From positions 85,810,001 to 85,874,000 of the forward strand of contig NW_024704743.1 in NCBI RefSeq assembly GCF_018977255.1: DNA of 64,000 bases. Direction: 5' to 3'. A model generated the notes under the pieces. It had not been told where the DNA came from. It did not search any database and was given only the letters and a program-made list of their open reading frames with translations. Numbering within the stretch: position 1 is the stretch's first letter; each line of letters opens with the position of its first letter. A program made the position numbers and the translations under genes. The DNA is from Callorhinchus milii. Lineage: Eukaryota. Below, one piece after another: positions 1 to 12,129 of this stretch.

Positions 1-335
1 AGAGACTATGTATTTGTAAGCCATCACAGCAGCCAATTTGTCCCTAATACTGTCCTATAAACAGCCATGATCAGATAATCATTTTTATCTGGAAAATTGT
101 CTCCCAGGATACCTGAAGACACTCCCTTCTCTTTTTGAGAAGAGCTATAGGATCTTTAATGTCCACCTGGACAGGTAACCAGAGCCTCAGCTTGACATCT
201 CATCTGAAGGATGGCACTTCTTACAATGCAGTGCTCCGCCAGCACTAGAATATCAGACCTGACTATGAGCTCAAAGCCCTGATGTGGGATTTAAACCCAC
301 AAGCTTCTGGCTCAAGTAACTGAACTAGGTTAATG
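1..335 (-). mobile_element. Old tRNA-derived Deu-domain SINE (SacSINE1-like), diverged
   Basis: Reverse complement of the recurring body: cagcagccaatttg...ggatctttaatgtccacctg...catctcatctgaaggatggcac...gggatttaaacccacaagcttctggctc. The same blocks recur at many sites in the window. Confidence 0.75.
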
Positions 336-1437
336 TCTAATTTTAGTGTATTCCTGTCTTAGCCTCTATGGTGTTCAAAACGGCTCATTGCGGTGTTTTG
401 TAAATATCTTACCAGGTACTCCCCTAGCATAACGTCTACCTCCAGTGGATCACTACATTGCTAATTGAGGAACTGCAAGGATACAAAAATACAATATCTT
501 TCACGCTGACTTCATAGGATTAACTTTATAGTGCAATGACTGTGTGTTTTGTGGGTGAACATGGCAGCCAATTTGTGCACAACAATGTCCCAAAACAACC
601 ATGAAGTGAATGATCAATTTTATTTAATTCTTCCTAACACGAGGCATTTCAAGACTTCTCCGTGGAATCTTGCGATTTGACCTGTATTTTTGAACTTAGC
701 CAATTCGATGAATGATTTCTGCATTAAGGGACATTTTACCAAACAAGAGAATAATTGCCCCAGGATTCACTCACTATAAATGAAGTTATAAGGTAATAAA
801 CTCACAATATTTTTGTGACCTTTGATTTTCAGAGTGACTTATTATTATTTTATATCTGGAAAATAAATAACCAAAGAAGCTCAGAGAGTTTCCACTTCTC
901 ATTTGCCTTGAGGCTGGGAAAGTATTCCTGTGGGTATATTGACAAACGCAGTGAAGTTATTCCCTGTACTTTGCAATTACTGTAATAGGATCTTTATTAT
1001 GCACTAGATAGACAGCTGGGACCTTAAGCTAATGCCGGATTCTGGGAATGGTGCCTTAAACAGCACTGTGTCCCTTGAGTGTAATTTTCTCTGAGTGAGT
1101 GATAACATTTGAACTGCCAGCAACTAGGTGGTAAATCTGTTCGGAGGGATTGCAATTTCCTTTTTGCCTGGGTGTCAGTGACACTTATGGTAATTCCGCC
1201 AAACTAATCAAAATACTCCTTTGTATTTAAATTAAGACCAAATATTGGTGATAGAAAGGGCAAACAAAGTATTATACAAAAAATTTTAGAAAAAAATCAG
1301 AAATGAAAGTGAAACGGATAAATGATGGAGGTGCTAAGAGCAAAAAAGGACAAACTCAGGAGGAGTTTCAAGTCTCATACATCAACATACAAGAAAAGAT
1401 TGAGCTTTGTTACAAGTAACACTGTAACACAAGTAAT

Positions 1438-1757
1438 GTGGAGTCCTGTAGCTCAGTGGTTAGAGCACTCGCTTTGCAAGTGAGAGACCTGAGTTCAATT
1501 CCAGGCAGGGCGAAACCTTGGGCAAGTTTCCTTACTTCACATGCCTAATAATAATCCTTCCAAAACCAAAAACAATAATAAATTGGTCATTTTCATTCCA
1601 TAACTGTTTGTGGGACACTGCTGTGTGCAATTGGCTGCCGCGTTCACCCACAAATATAAAGTCAATTCACTTTACAGTCTATTCTGTGAAGCGCTTTGGG
1701 ACATCTAGACGATGTGAAAAGCGCTATATCAAATGCAAGGATTATTATTATTATTAT
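1438..1757 (+). mobile_element. Young tRNA-Ala-derived SINE, short form, (ATT)n tail
   Basis: A box TAGCTCAGTGG, B box GAGTTCAATTCC, anticodon-like arm CTCGC-TTTGCAA-GTGAG, L2-like 3' stem-loop and (ATT)n tail. Close copies at 19797, 22600, 59786 and 61744. Confidence 0.95.
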
Positions 1758-3469
1758 AACACTGCGTGTAGTGTAAAAAGTTATATGTGAAGTTATAAAT
1801 GAACCCACCTAAATGAGAAGCAGAAATCATAGCTACCCATAAACAGGATCAAGGTGAATGAAGGTCGCTGTAAATTCAGAGACTTAGACCAGGTGAGAAA
1901 AGTTTGGCTAAGCTGTTCTACATAAAAAAGCATGGATGGTGCAGTTGGAGAAGAGACGAGTATGATAAGTTTGGCTCACAACTTTCTCACTACCTGCATG
2001 ATCCATGATCAACCTGGTAATGTGCAAACACTATATAATGTGTACTGTAACACATTAAATGTCATATTGCACAATTACGTAGACTCTGAGTACTTTACAA
2101 AGCGGAAAGCCAAAGTAAGGTAGGAAATAGGAAGGGAGAGGAAGGGATAGAAAGGAATTAAACTAAGCCATAGTTGAAGGATACGTTTTAGAAGTGTTTT
2201 GAAAACAAAAAGAAAGAGGGTGCGAGATGGAGTAATTTGGGGCAAGAGTTTCAGAAAACAGGAACTTAGTAGCAGAAAGCTCAACTACACAACATCAACT
2301 GCTTGCATTTATATAGTGACCTTCATGCGGGCAGTGTCTTACAGCATGTTAGCAGTGAGGTTTGGCATTAAGGATGAAGAAGGATTGGAAGGCATAGTGT
2401 CAAGATTGTGCAACTGGCTGGGTGAGCAGGTGTACACAGCTTGGCAAGCTGTTTAAAGTCAAAGACAACCTTCAGTTTGTTAAATGATGGTATGTATGTA
2501 TATTTATTTTATAACACGATTTTACTCCCAACACACATGAAATGCTGTCAACAACTAGGCAGGTGGAATTCTGCAAACTGTCTTTCTGTGGCTTTCTAAA
2601 CGCTTAAAATATATTATCATATTTTAACAAACTCAAATGGTTAACCATGAAAATAATCATTTTCAGAGAGGAAACTGGCCTCACATGCTCAGCATATGAA
2701 AATGTGAGTTACAAAGCCATCAAAGCAGTTAGGTGGTGCAATTGACAGGCGGATAGGCGCTGAACAAAGATATTGATGTGGGCTTAAGGATCTTTGACAT
2801 GAACATTTATAAAACATGCTGGATTTTTGTGATACATAATAAATATATTTTTATAGTCAATGAGTGAGTGCAAATTGGATCAAAGGTTTAACGTGTCCTG
2901 CAGCTACAATAACTTATATCAAACGTAATTAGAGAATGGAATTGTGAGATGAATAGTGGGTAGGCAAGAACATTGTTATGAGAGAATAAAACACTTCATG
3001 AAATGTAATCGGGTTAACAGAATACTAATGCCAAATGAATTATTAGTCTACTTTCATTCATAATAAAAAAACTGCTATCTGTACTACAAAAGAAGGTGTT
3101 TATTGTAATTATGTTAACAACAATATTGGCTGGCACGCTTGCTACAAAATACACAGTCACTACACTTCACAGTGAATCCTGAGATGTTTTCCCAATGTGA
3201 AAGGTATTTCATCAAATTCAAGGATTATTATTAATAGTAATATACAATAATATACAATAATGGGTAATGTCCAATTTTTGTACAATCATTCAATTTTTAA
3301 AGTGTAATTATAGTGGATTTAAGTTCCTTCTATTCTAGTCACACTGCAAGGATTATGGTCATTTTGAATTGTCTCTCAATAGGAGACACTGCATGACCAA
3401 TATCAATTCCACACCATGCCCGATTCACATCACTGGCATGCTTGGGGAAGTAACCATAGGTGCGGTCAA

Positions 3470-3800
3470 AAAAGTAGATCTTAAAGGGGATTTACAAATA
3501 ATTAAAGAGGGGACGGGGGAAGGATTGAAACAGACAATTCTGGAGATCGGGTGCATAGTGGATAAAGGCATGGCCACTGATGGTGATGCAGAGTTGGCAG
3601 CTGAGTAAAGGAGGCAGGCAGAGGAGTGCGGGTTGAACAGCTCAGAGCAGATCAGATAGGTTGGGAGTGGCTAAGGCATCAAGGGAACTGTAAGTCAGAG
3701 TAAGAATCTTGGAAATCAATCCTTTTGGAGGCAGGGAGTCAGTGGAATCTGGAGAGGATTGAGGGAATGAAGTTCGGTGCGAGTGAGGATGCAGAGGTGC
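3470..3800 (-). mobile_element. Degenerate L2 LINE 3' fragment
   Basis: Purine-rich plus strand resembling the L2 ORF2 C-terminus/3'UTR blocks of better copies (e.g. gtaagaatcttggaaatcaatcc...gggagtcagtgga). Confidence 0.6.
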
Positions 3801-4647
3801 AATGAATGGAGTCAGATATTAAAGGGTTAGCCCCCTTTCGATGGTGAATATTTCTTTGGGCTACCTCGCGTGAAGGCTGCTATATAAATGCATGTTGTTG
3901 TTGTGGTTGAATATTGCTGAGCCAAAGTGGGTATCCGGAGGAGGACAGAAGATGAAGCATTTAATCCTCATTTGTGCAGTTGCTGGATATAGACAAAAAT
4001 CCTTGTGACGCATATTTGTAATTCAGCACATTGCTAAATAAATACATTACAGGTTTATGAATTTAGAATGCATTGAAACATATGGATGAAAGTCACAGAT
4101 GGAGCATGCGAAGCAGGGAGTGGAAGGAATGGTCAGGGGAGTAGAACTCCAGGGCACAATGATAGAACCGTAAAATCATACAAATTTAATGAATATAATA
4201 ATAATTTAATGCCTTATCCAAATGATTACACCTCCAGCAGCGCAGCTCCTCCCCAGCACTACGCTGGAGGGACAGCCTAGACTGTAGACGTGGTGACTGG
4301 ACTACAGGGGTAATGAGCCATATCTGGTTAGAGCTAAATTAGCTTCAAGGTGACATACTTGGCAACAAAATGTTGGAATTGATTAAACCCTCTTCAGGTG
4401 TCTTAGTTTCCAGTGCCTTGGGATGTCCTCCCAACATGAAAGGTGGTATACAACTGTAATTTTGTTGTTGTTGTTGTCTGAGCACGGCATTAGAGTTTCA
4501 GCCTGGACTGTGAGTTCAAAGTTCCGACTTACAGCCTAGAAGGAGCCCATTTGGTCCATCGGGCCTGTGAAAGAACATTGACAGGACCTCTCTGAAAGCA
4601 CTACCCATTAAGCCCCATTTTCCTACCTCTTCTCTGTAGTCTTTTAT

Positions 4648-4746
4648 TGAGGGGAAATTCCACCTGCGTCAAGATTTACTCATATTATGTAGCTCTGAAA
4701 TGCTGCCTAAGTAAGATAAATCTAGCCCAGGTGGAATTTCTCCCCA
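4648..4746. mobile_element. Short non-autonomous DNA transposon (MITE) with ~30-bp TIRs, Kolobok-like
   Basis: ggggaaattccacctgcgtcaagatttactc ... gataaatctagcccaggtggaatttctcccc are inverted repeats. The same TIR occurs at 5370-5428, 22108-22323, 29755-29783 and 47119-47225. Confidence 0.7.
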
Positions 4747-5369
4747 TTTACTTTTCACATTTATCTGATTGCCTCTTAAAAGCTAATGTGGACTCAACCT
4801 CAACCATAGTTCCAGAATGGGCACTCCACTTCCTAACCAACCGTGTGTAAATAAAATTCTTAATAACTCCCTTTGCTCTACTGATAATTGTCTTAAATCT
4901 ATGTGCCCCCCAGATTGGGGCAAGGGTTGGAAGCATTTGAACGTTTGAATGAAAATCTTGAAGTCAATCTGCACAGGAATAAAGAGACAATGGAGCCTGT
5001 CGAGGATAAATTAACTTATCAACTGGTCTGTGCATGTGCTTCCTTATCCCCTTCCCACCCACCATGTCACTGTTTCTTCACAATAGTTGGATTTGACACT
5101 GTCTACAGTGAAGCAATGAGCTGCTGGACTATTGAGCGTAACAGTTGACTGCCAGTTAATCATATGCAGTTGAATCTGTTCTATTGTGTTACAAGATCTG
5201 TAAAATACCAACTATAAAGAACTGCAATAGTTGGTTTTAACAAGGAAGTGTGCAGCCAGGTTCTAGCACAATGTATGTTTCATCAGGTCGTCACTGACAT
5301 CATTTCCTGTGTGACATGATTTGCAATGTAATGGACTGGAGATCAGGCATTTAGAGCAAGATCTGAAAT

Positions 5370-5430
5370 GCAGCATTTCAGAGCTACATGAAAAAGAGTA
5401 AATGTGGACCCAGGTGGAATTTCCCTTCAA
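5370..5430. mobile_element. TIR arm of the same MITE family
   Basis: Its reverse complement gggaaattccacctgggtccacatttactctttttcatgtagctctgaaatgctgc closely matches 4651-4706. Confidence 0.7.
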
Positions 5431-5607
5431 TAAAAGAGGAAAGGGAAAGGAGAGAAAAATCAGGCTTAATGGATAGTTCCTTCAGAGAGCTAGAACAGGC
5501 ATGGAAAGACTTGTGGAAAGTGAGCCAGCTAGCTGTGTGTATTGTATGCACAAGGCTTCATATTGCATCAGCTTTATAACCAAATCAGTGCTAAAATAAG
5601 CACACTA

Positions 5608-5635
5608 TAATAATAATAATAATAATAATAATAAT
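5608..5635. repeat. (TAA)n microsatellite
   Basis: About 9 TAA units, read directly. Confidence 0.9.
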
Positions 5636-5694
5636 GGTGGCCTCACTGTACCTGCTTAGCTCACCAAAGTATGTGAGTAAAACTGGCATCCCAC

Positions 5695-5935
5695 TAACTG
5701 GCAGGCCATACAGACCAGAAGGCTGCAGTCTTGAATCTATGCTAAGTTAGCTGATCTCAGTTGGTACAACATATGGGAACTACTATTGGTCCAGTAGCCC
5801 CTGCTGCTGATCACTGTTCAAAGACCCTTGCCATGTCTGTAGACATTTGGTGATCGGACAGGTTTAGGCTGAGCTGTGAAGCCATTCATGGTTGAATAGC
5901 CTGCCCGACCTCATTTTTAATGGTCACCTGTGCAA
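5695..5935 (+). mobile_element. LF-SINE-like relic
   Basis: Ordered blocks catacagaccagaagg / gctaagttagctgatctcag / ctgatcactgttcaaagacccttgc / ggacagg / gctgtga / ggttgaatagcctgcc match the LF-SINE consensus as I recall it. Confidence 0.7.
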
Positions 5936-6369
5936 GGTGGAAGCAGAAAAGCAGAAGTTGCATTTTTAGCATGTTTATAATGTAAAAGTATCTCAAAGTG
6001 CCTCACAGTAATTACTGTCATGTGTAGCAACTCTTTTTTGCAAGTGGACAGTACTGGTGGGTGACCAATGTTGTGGAACCATACATCAGTAAGAGGACAA
6101 AAGGCAATAGGGGGTAAAAACGTCAGCAGAGAAAGAAAAATAATGTTTTTTCCCTGGTCTAAAATCCAGAATGCACTGGTTCATGTTATTCAATGGATTT
6201 ACAATACAAAGTCAAATTATTTGATTGAATCACTGATACTACAGGAATTTTCTTCACATTAATTTAAGAAGTATTAAGAAATCGACACAAAACACTTGAA
6301 ACACAAGGCAAACCATCATAATCCTAAAGAGTGTCCAAACCAGACAGAGTTTATCCTCAAGTAAACTGA

Positions 6370-6515
6370 AAATAATCTTTACATATTTTTTGGTCAGCTG
6401 AGTGTCTGGCGCATGTGGAAACCCAGCACCATGCTTAAGACTATCCAAACCAAACTGAAAGTTCCATACATCCCATACATGCCACCTATACATGGAAATT
6501 CCAGAGAATTATTGG
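6370..6515 (-). mobile_element. Fragment of long CR1 3'UTR family
   Basis: Shares ggtcagc..gtgtctggc..catgcttaaga..caaac..aactga..catggaaattccagaga with 40565-40775 and 47895-48085. The last copy is contiguous with a CR1 ORF2 end. Confidence 0.65.
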
Positions 6516-7146
6516 TCAGCGAGGACAGAATTGGTTTGCACTATGATGTCCTTAGGAGGGATTAGCCTGACAACACTCGCTGTCACAATGCGTGAGAAAT
6601 GGTTACTTGAATGATGTGGTGGAGAGTAACATGCCTGTACCCTAGCCTGAAGGAGAGAAGAAATTGGAGGATGAAGAAAGGATCATCACGATGTACACAC
6701 ACTTGTTATTTCACAGACTGGATTTCACATACATAACATAAGAGCAGCCAGAATGAATGCCCCACAAGCCTGTGGCAATGGAAGAGAAGTCACCAGCTGT
6801 GTGAGCACTAGGCGTAACCAGGGCAACTCTTCTGTCAGAATGTCCCTGGGTTTTCTTGTACCAAGAGTAGTATAAAAAACACTCACTGATGTGAGACATG
6901 GTTGATTCACCAGTATGCGTACAGGTAGGAGAGCTGCATTTTTTGAAACAGTTTTTAAACACATGGAAGTGTCTCAAAGCTCTTCCCAAGGAATGCAGCG
7001 ACTATTTTTTAAAGTCAAAATCAGCATCAATTTGCTCCAGTAAAGTTCCCAAAACAGCACCTGAGATGCATTCCCTGATTATCTGTTGTTTGTCAGGAAA
7101 CTGTGGGAAACTTCCTTTTCTTTTTGAATAACAATCTTTACAAATA

Positions 7147-7650
7147 AACAACAACAACAAAATTATATTTTGGGAGGATGTTCCAAGGTACTGAACAATG
7201 AATATTTCTGACCTAAGCTGGGGGTCAGGATCGGGGAGGGTGGAGGGCGAGGTGGGGGAGGAGGGTGATCGAAGGCATGGTCGAAGAGGAGGGTAGAGGA
7301 GGGTCTTGAGATGTGTCTTGAAGGAGGCAAGGGAGTGTCGAGACGGAAGGACTGCGGGAAGGAGTTCCAGAGGGCCCACCTGCCAATGGTGGGGTGGGCG
7401 AGGTGGGGGACGTGAAGCAGGCCGTAGGAGGTTTCGGAGGTAGGGGGAAGCAAGGCCATGGAGGGTTTTGAAGGTGAGGACCAGGATCTTCAACTGTATC
7501 CTCTGTGTGATGGGAAGCCAGTGTAGTCAGGCGAGGATGGGGATGATAGGGTCGTGGAGCCTGGTGCGGGAGAGGACATGGGCTGCAAAGTTCTAGATAA
7601 TCTGCAGCCTATGGAGGGAGGAGTTGGGGAGACCGATAAGCAATGAGTTT
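7147..7650 (-). mobile_element. L2 LINE 3' end (ORF2 C-terminus, 3'UTR, (GTT)n tail)
   Basis: Minus ORF KILVLTFKTLHGLASPYL...ALWNSFP...SFKTHLKT, typical of the L2 ORF2 end. (CAA)n on the plus strand at 7147. Confidence 0.9.
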
Positions 7651-10359
7651 TCGTTTAGGAGAAGGTGAAAAATACTATGCTTTGTAACAAATTTGACAGT
7701 TCTCCTGGTGTTCTGACCAGTAGTCCACCAGGTAAATTGGTCATTCCCCTCATGACACTCACAATATTCATTACATTGACAGCAATTACTGCAAGGTGCT
7801 TTTTGAGGTGATAAAGCGCTGTAAGAACGCAGGTTGTTTCTTGTCTAAAATAATCTGCTACATTTCTGTGATCACAAGTCAATGCAGAACAGTACAATAA
7901 CCCACAGGATCTTGTACAGTATTGGTGTATATCCATGCTCTCTGAGTCTCTCTGTCAGAAACTGGAACTAAAAGTGTTCGGATTCCAACAAAAACTTGTA
8001 TTCTTTTATACCTGCAAACACTGTGAGCCCATGGGTGCAATGAGTTAACAATTTGAATCTCTAGACCTGCATATTTCATACGTTTTCATTATTTGTGTAG
8101 GATGATGGATTGCAGGTGCAGTTCTCAGACAGGGACACTACAGATACCAAACCCCATGTAGGTCAACAATGCATTTTAATATACTTGTATAATACATTTT
8201 TAATAAAAAAATTGAGAGGTCTTTCAAAATATAATCACCTAAAGAGAAACCTATAACTCTTCCCCCATAGAGCACAAATGCAAATCACTGGGCTGCTTAT
8301 TGCCTAGTCTTAAACTTTATTTCTTTCGGAGGTAAACGTGCTCTGAACTGGGATGCGTTTAATTGGTGTAACTGCCTGGTGAGAGGAGTTGAAATGAGTC
8401 CATCTGTGGCTGTGTGTTTTCTGACAGTAAGCAATCTTCTCAACTGTACTTGGCTCAGATTGTAGCACTGTTGCCTCCAGATCAAAATGTTGTGGGGCTT
8501 GAGCTTGTTGTCAGGCCTAACAATATAACTATGAAATAGCTTCATCACGAGTGGAATTACACATTCTCCATCAGGAGTGGAAGTACTTTGAAATATCCTC
8601 TCAACGTGAAAGCCATTAAATAAATCTTAAATTGTATTATATTGTACAAATCTGACTGAGTAGGATCTAATTTAGAAATTCATTAAATATTGAATGTGTA
8701 TTACCTGGCTTGAAACAAGATGAACGTATACATAATATGTTTTAATGTATAATAATACAATGGATGAAAATTGTGTGGTGATGTTTCTTCACAGATGTGT
8801 CAATTATTACAAAACATTGAATCTGTTAAGAAATATTTGCAATTATCACTCCAATATGTCTACAAACGTCTAAAGTTGTTGCACATCAGGATATTATAGT
8901 GAAAAGCAACTGCATATGAAAATACCTTCAACCTTTCATATTATCCCACTGTAGAGTAGTACTGTAGCAAAATAACTGCTTCACTGTTATCTTGCATGAA
9001 TTTTTCATTGCAGCATTGTTTTTATTTATAGCATTTCTGTTGATGAAACACAAAAGATAAAACTTGTTACAGTTAGAGACAAGAGACGACATCCATTCAA
9101 GAAAGGACACAAAGGATTAAAGATTGGTCACCATGGCATTGAAAGTGGTACAACGCAGGAATAATCCCAAGGGACCGTTCCTAAAAAAAATCAAGGCCAC
9201 TCACGATTACCACGACTGTTTCCTTGAACAGATGGGCAGATGAACTGTTTTCATCAACTAACATATTTCAACAAAGGTCAAAGAATGCAAAATATAGCTG
9301 CAACCCGACAATAATGGACGATTGCTTAAAGGCAATAATACAAAATGAGTGTGTGAAAACTGCTCAGTCTTGTGACAGAAGGCTAGCAATTGGGCTAGCA
9401 ATTGATTTCTGAGATCCCAATGGACACATATGTAGAACAATAAAAGCAACAGTCTCCTTGCAATCTGAAGTGCTGGGATTCCAAACGTCAGTAAAAATGA
9501 TAAACTACCATACAGTGCTCTGGCCATCATTATGGATTCAAGTCCTTTTGGAGAATATCATAATTTGAGGTTGAAAAAGCCTTCCTGAAGTAAGCAGTAG
9601 TTTTAAAGGTGCCTCCCTGCAAGAAAATATACAATGTTCGTGATATTCACTAGACTTTCTGCAGAGAATCCCCTATACATCATTCTGGCATTTGAGAGCT
9701 CGTCTCCCAGAGTCTTGTGAGTCGGTATGACGTACGTACAATTCTGAGAGGAAAACACAGCTTAGGATACAAGGCACACAGCTTAGGTTACAAGGATTCC
9801 AGATCGTTACATAGAGTAAGTTTCCCATGTTTTGGTGCATTGTGCAGAAGTGCCAGAAGTTGGGGAGTAGCCCAGCTGCAGTTGATGATCCACAGAGGAG
9901 GATTTGCTGAGGTAACCAAGTAAGGAAAAGAGCTAGGGGTACAAAGGAGAAAGAACACTGAAAATCTTGACACTTCAGAATAATTTACATTTATATTGAG
10001 TCTATCACATTGGTAGGATGCCTCAAGATTTTAACGATAATGTTTTGGTACCCAATAATGGCTTGGTTTGGAAAAATACAAAATACCCACAAGGAACTAT
10101 TTAAACAGCTTCCTCCTGATGCGATTTATAATGTATATAATAATCTTTACATTTAACATAGCAACTTATGCGGTCGAGACATTTCAAAGCATTTTGCAGG
10201 AATTGCTCTAAAGTGTAGTTACTGTATTTGTAGACAAACATGATCTGGGTTGTTTCTATGTGGTGAGAGAGGATAATTTTGAGAAAGAATTATATTGGGC
10301 ATCAATCAGATGTGATTTCTCCACAGCTGGCAGGTAAGTTATTAGAGCTGAGACTTACA

Positions 10360-10895
10360 GCAGTGATATAGCACCTAGAATGTCGAAATGTGCTTCACAG
10401 AGAATTTCTATTAAGCATACTGACTGAATTGGTGGGTAAAAGTGGCAGCCAATTTGCACACAGCAATGTCCCATAGCAGTCATGAAGTGAAAAATGAGTT
10501 TTATCTGCAGGATTGCAAGAGAAATTCCCTTCTCTTTTCAAATTGTATCACTGGGTCTTAACGTCCAGCTGAACAGGCTCTCAGTTCAGCATTTCATCCA
10601 AAGGCTGGCTTGTCTAACAATGGATCACTTCCCCAGCATCACATTTGAGTGTTAACTTTGACCAAACACTTGCACCAGTCCAGAGAAATCCATGCCAAAG
10701 TTCCAGCAGCTACCGACCGAGCTGCGATACTCATGGGAGGCCATAAATGAAGAAAAATTCAATAAGGAAAATTTATTTTGTTGTCCGACCATAAAGGTGG
10801 CAAACACTGACTTAGACTATGACACTCTCATATGGGGCTTGAACCCACAGCCATCTGACAGAGAAGGAACAGTGCTACCAACTGGGCCAGACTGA
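10360..10895 (-). mobile_element. Old SacSINE1/Deu-type SINE, interrupted
   Basis: ggcagccaatttgcacacagcaatgtccca body at 10440 and head ggggcttgaacccacagccatctgac...agtgctaccaactg at 10830-10890. Confidence 0.65.
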
Positions 10896-11239
10896 TTTGG
10901 CTGCTTGTGTGCACCATTTATCCTAGGTTCCTTGGTTTGTCTCAGTGGAGTGTTGATGTTACTGCACAAGCCTTGAGGTGACAATGTGACACAGCAGTCT
11001 CAGCAATAGTGAGATGAACATTATGGATAATAAATATCATATCAGGATACATTGTGTGGCCCAAACAAAATGTTGGTGTGCACAAGCTGTAATAATTGTG
11101 GCCAAGGTTTATCATGGTTTGTCTGACAATGTGCTACAAAATTATCAGAACAGTGAGAAGAAACGACAATGTTCTCACCCACCAATATTATTTATGTTTA
11201 GTGAAATACTGTGGTTCCTCCTTTGACACATAGCATCCA

Positions 11240-11490
11240 ACTGTGTTATCTCCCATTATCCTGGATGTTGGCCAGGGTGTCACTTCTTTTCGAAGGGTGA
11301 TGAGATCTTTAACATTGAACAGGCAGACGGGACCTTGGTTTAACATCTCATCTTTAGGACAGAACCTCCAACAGTACAGCACACTCCTAGCACTGCGTTG
11401 GATTGTCAGCCTATATGACTTTAAAATTCCAATATGGGGCTTGAGTCCATGATCTTTTGACTCAGAGGCAAAAGTACCACTGACTGAATG
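11240..11490 (-). mobile_element. Old Deu-type SINE 5' portion
   Basis: gatctttaaca...gggaccttggtttaacatctcatc...cagcacactcct...ggggcttgagtccatgatcttttgactcagaggc. Confidence 0.7.
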
Positions 11491-12129
11491 ATAAATATGA
11501 AGTGAACCAAATATTTCACCTTAGCTCTCCTAATCTTCATTGGGTGCCGACTTTGAATCCAAGCACGTTCTGCGTTTATCACCAAGGATAAAGTGATCAG
11601 ATGACGTTTATTAATTAGCATCTTTCATTGATCAACAAATCCTTAAAGAAAATACAATGTACGAGTGATATATTTTCATTTCTGCATGCGTGGTTAAGGA
11701 TGAAATTCCTTAGTAATTCAGTCATATTCATCATGAAAAAAAACAACTTATTGTTATAGAACTTTGGATATAAATTAAATATGATGACCAGAATCATTTC
11801 TAAAGAATATATATATACTAGCATCAACTCCCAGAAAAAACAAATCATTCCAGTTTTACCTGTCTTGATATTCATATATTCAGAAATGGAAGATGCAATT
11901 AACTATTTGCCTTACTGATAAAATGCATTGCAAAAATCATGTGCTTTCAGCTGCATTCACTTTTCATGCAACCTCTAAGCTAGACTGGTATTGAAGTATC
12001 TGTCTTGTAAATGGATAAAAGGGATAAGGAGAGGCCAGAACTGAATGTAAAACAGTTAATTTATTCATTTTAAATTTCCATGCAACATGAGTTTCAGATT
12101 TCTTATACTATGTTAGGATGCAGTGTAAA

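Noticed and set aside
1441..1513. tRNA-Ala gene
   Set aside because: Has A/B boxes and an anticodon-like arm, but no proper acceptor stem or terminator, and it runs into a SINE body in every copy.
1518..1790. Recurrent ORFs ending ...RYIKCKDYYYY (also 22680, 28595, 31616, 36664, 59960)
   Set aside because: Chance translation of the SINE body and (ATT)n tail, not a protein family.
9258..9530. Minus ORF with hydrophobic, signal-peptide-like start
   Set aside because: No homology recognised and no supporting exon structure.
9755..9795. 21-bp direct duplication (similar small ones at 34910-34948 and 52102-52142)
   Set aside because: Two-copy slippage duplications; not a CRISPR-like or functional array.
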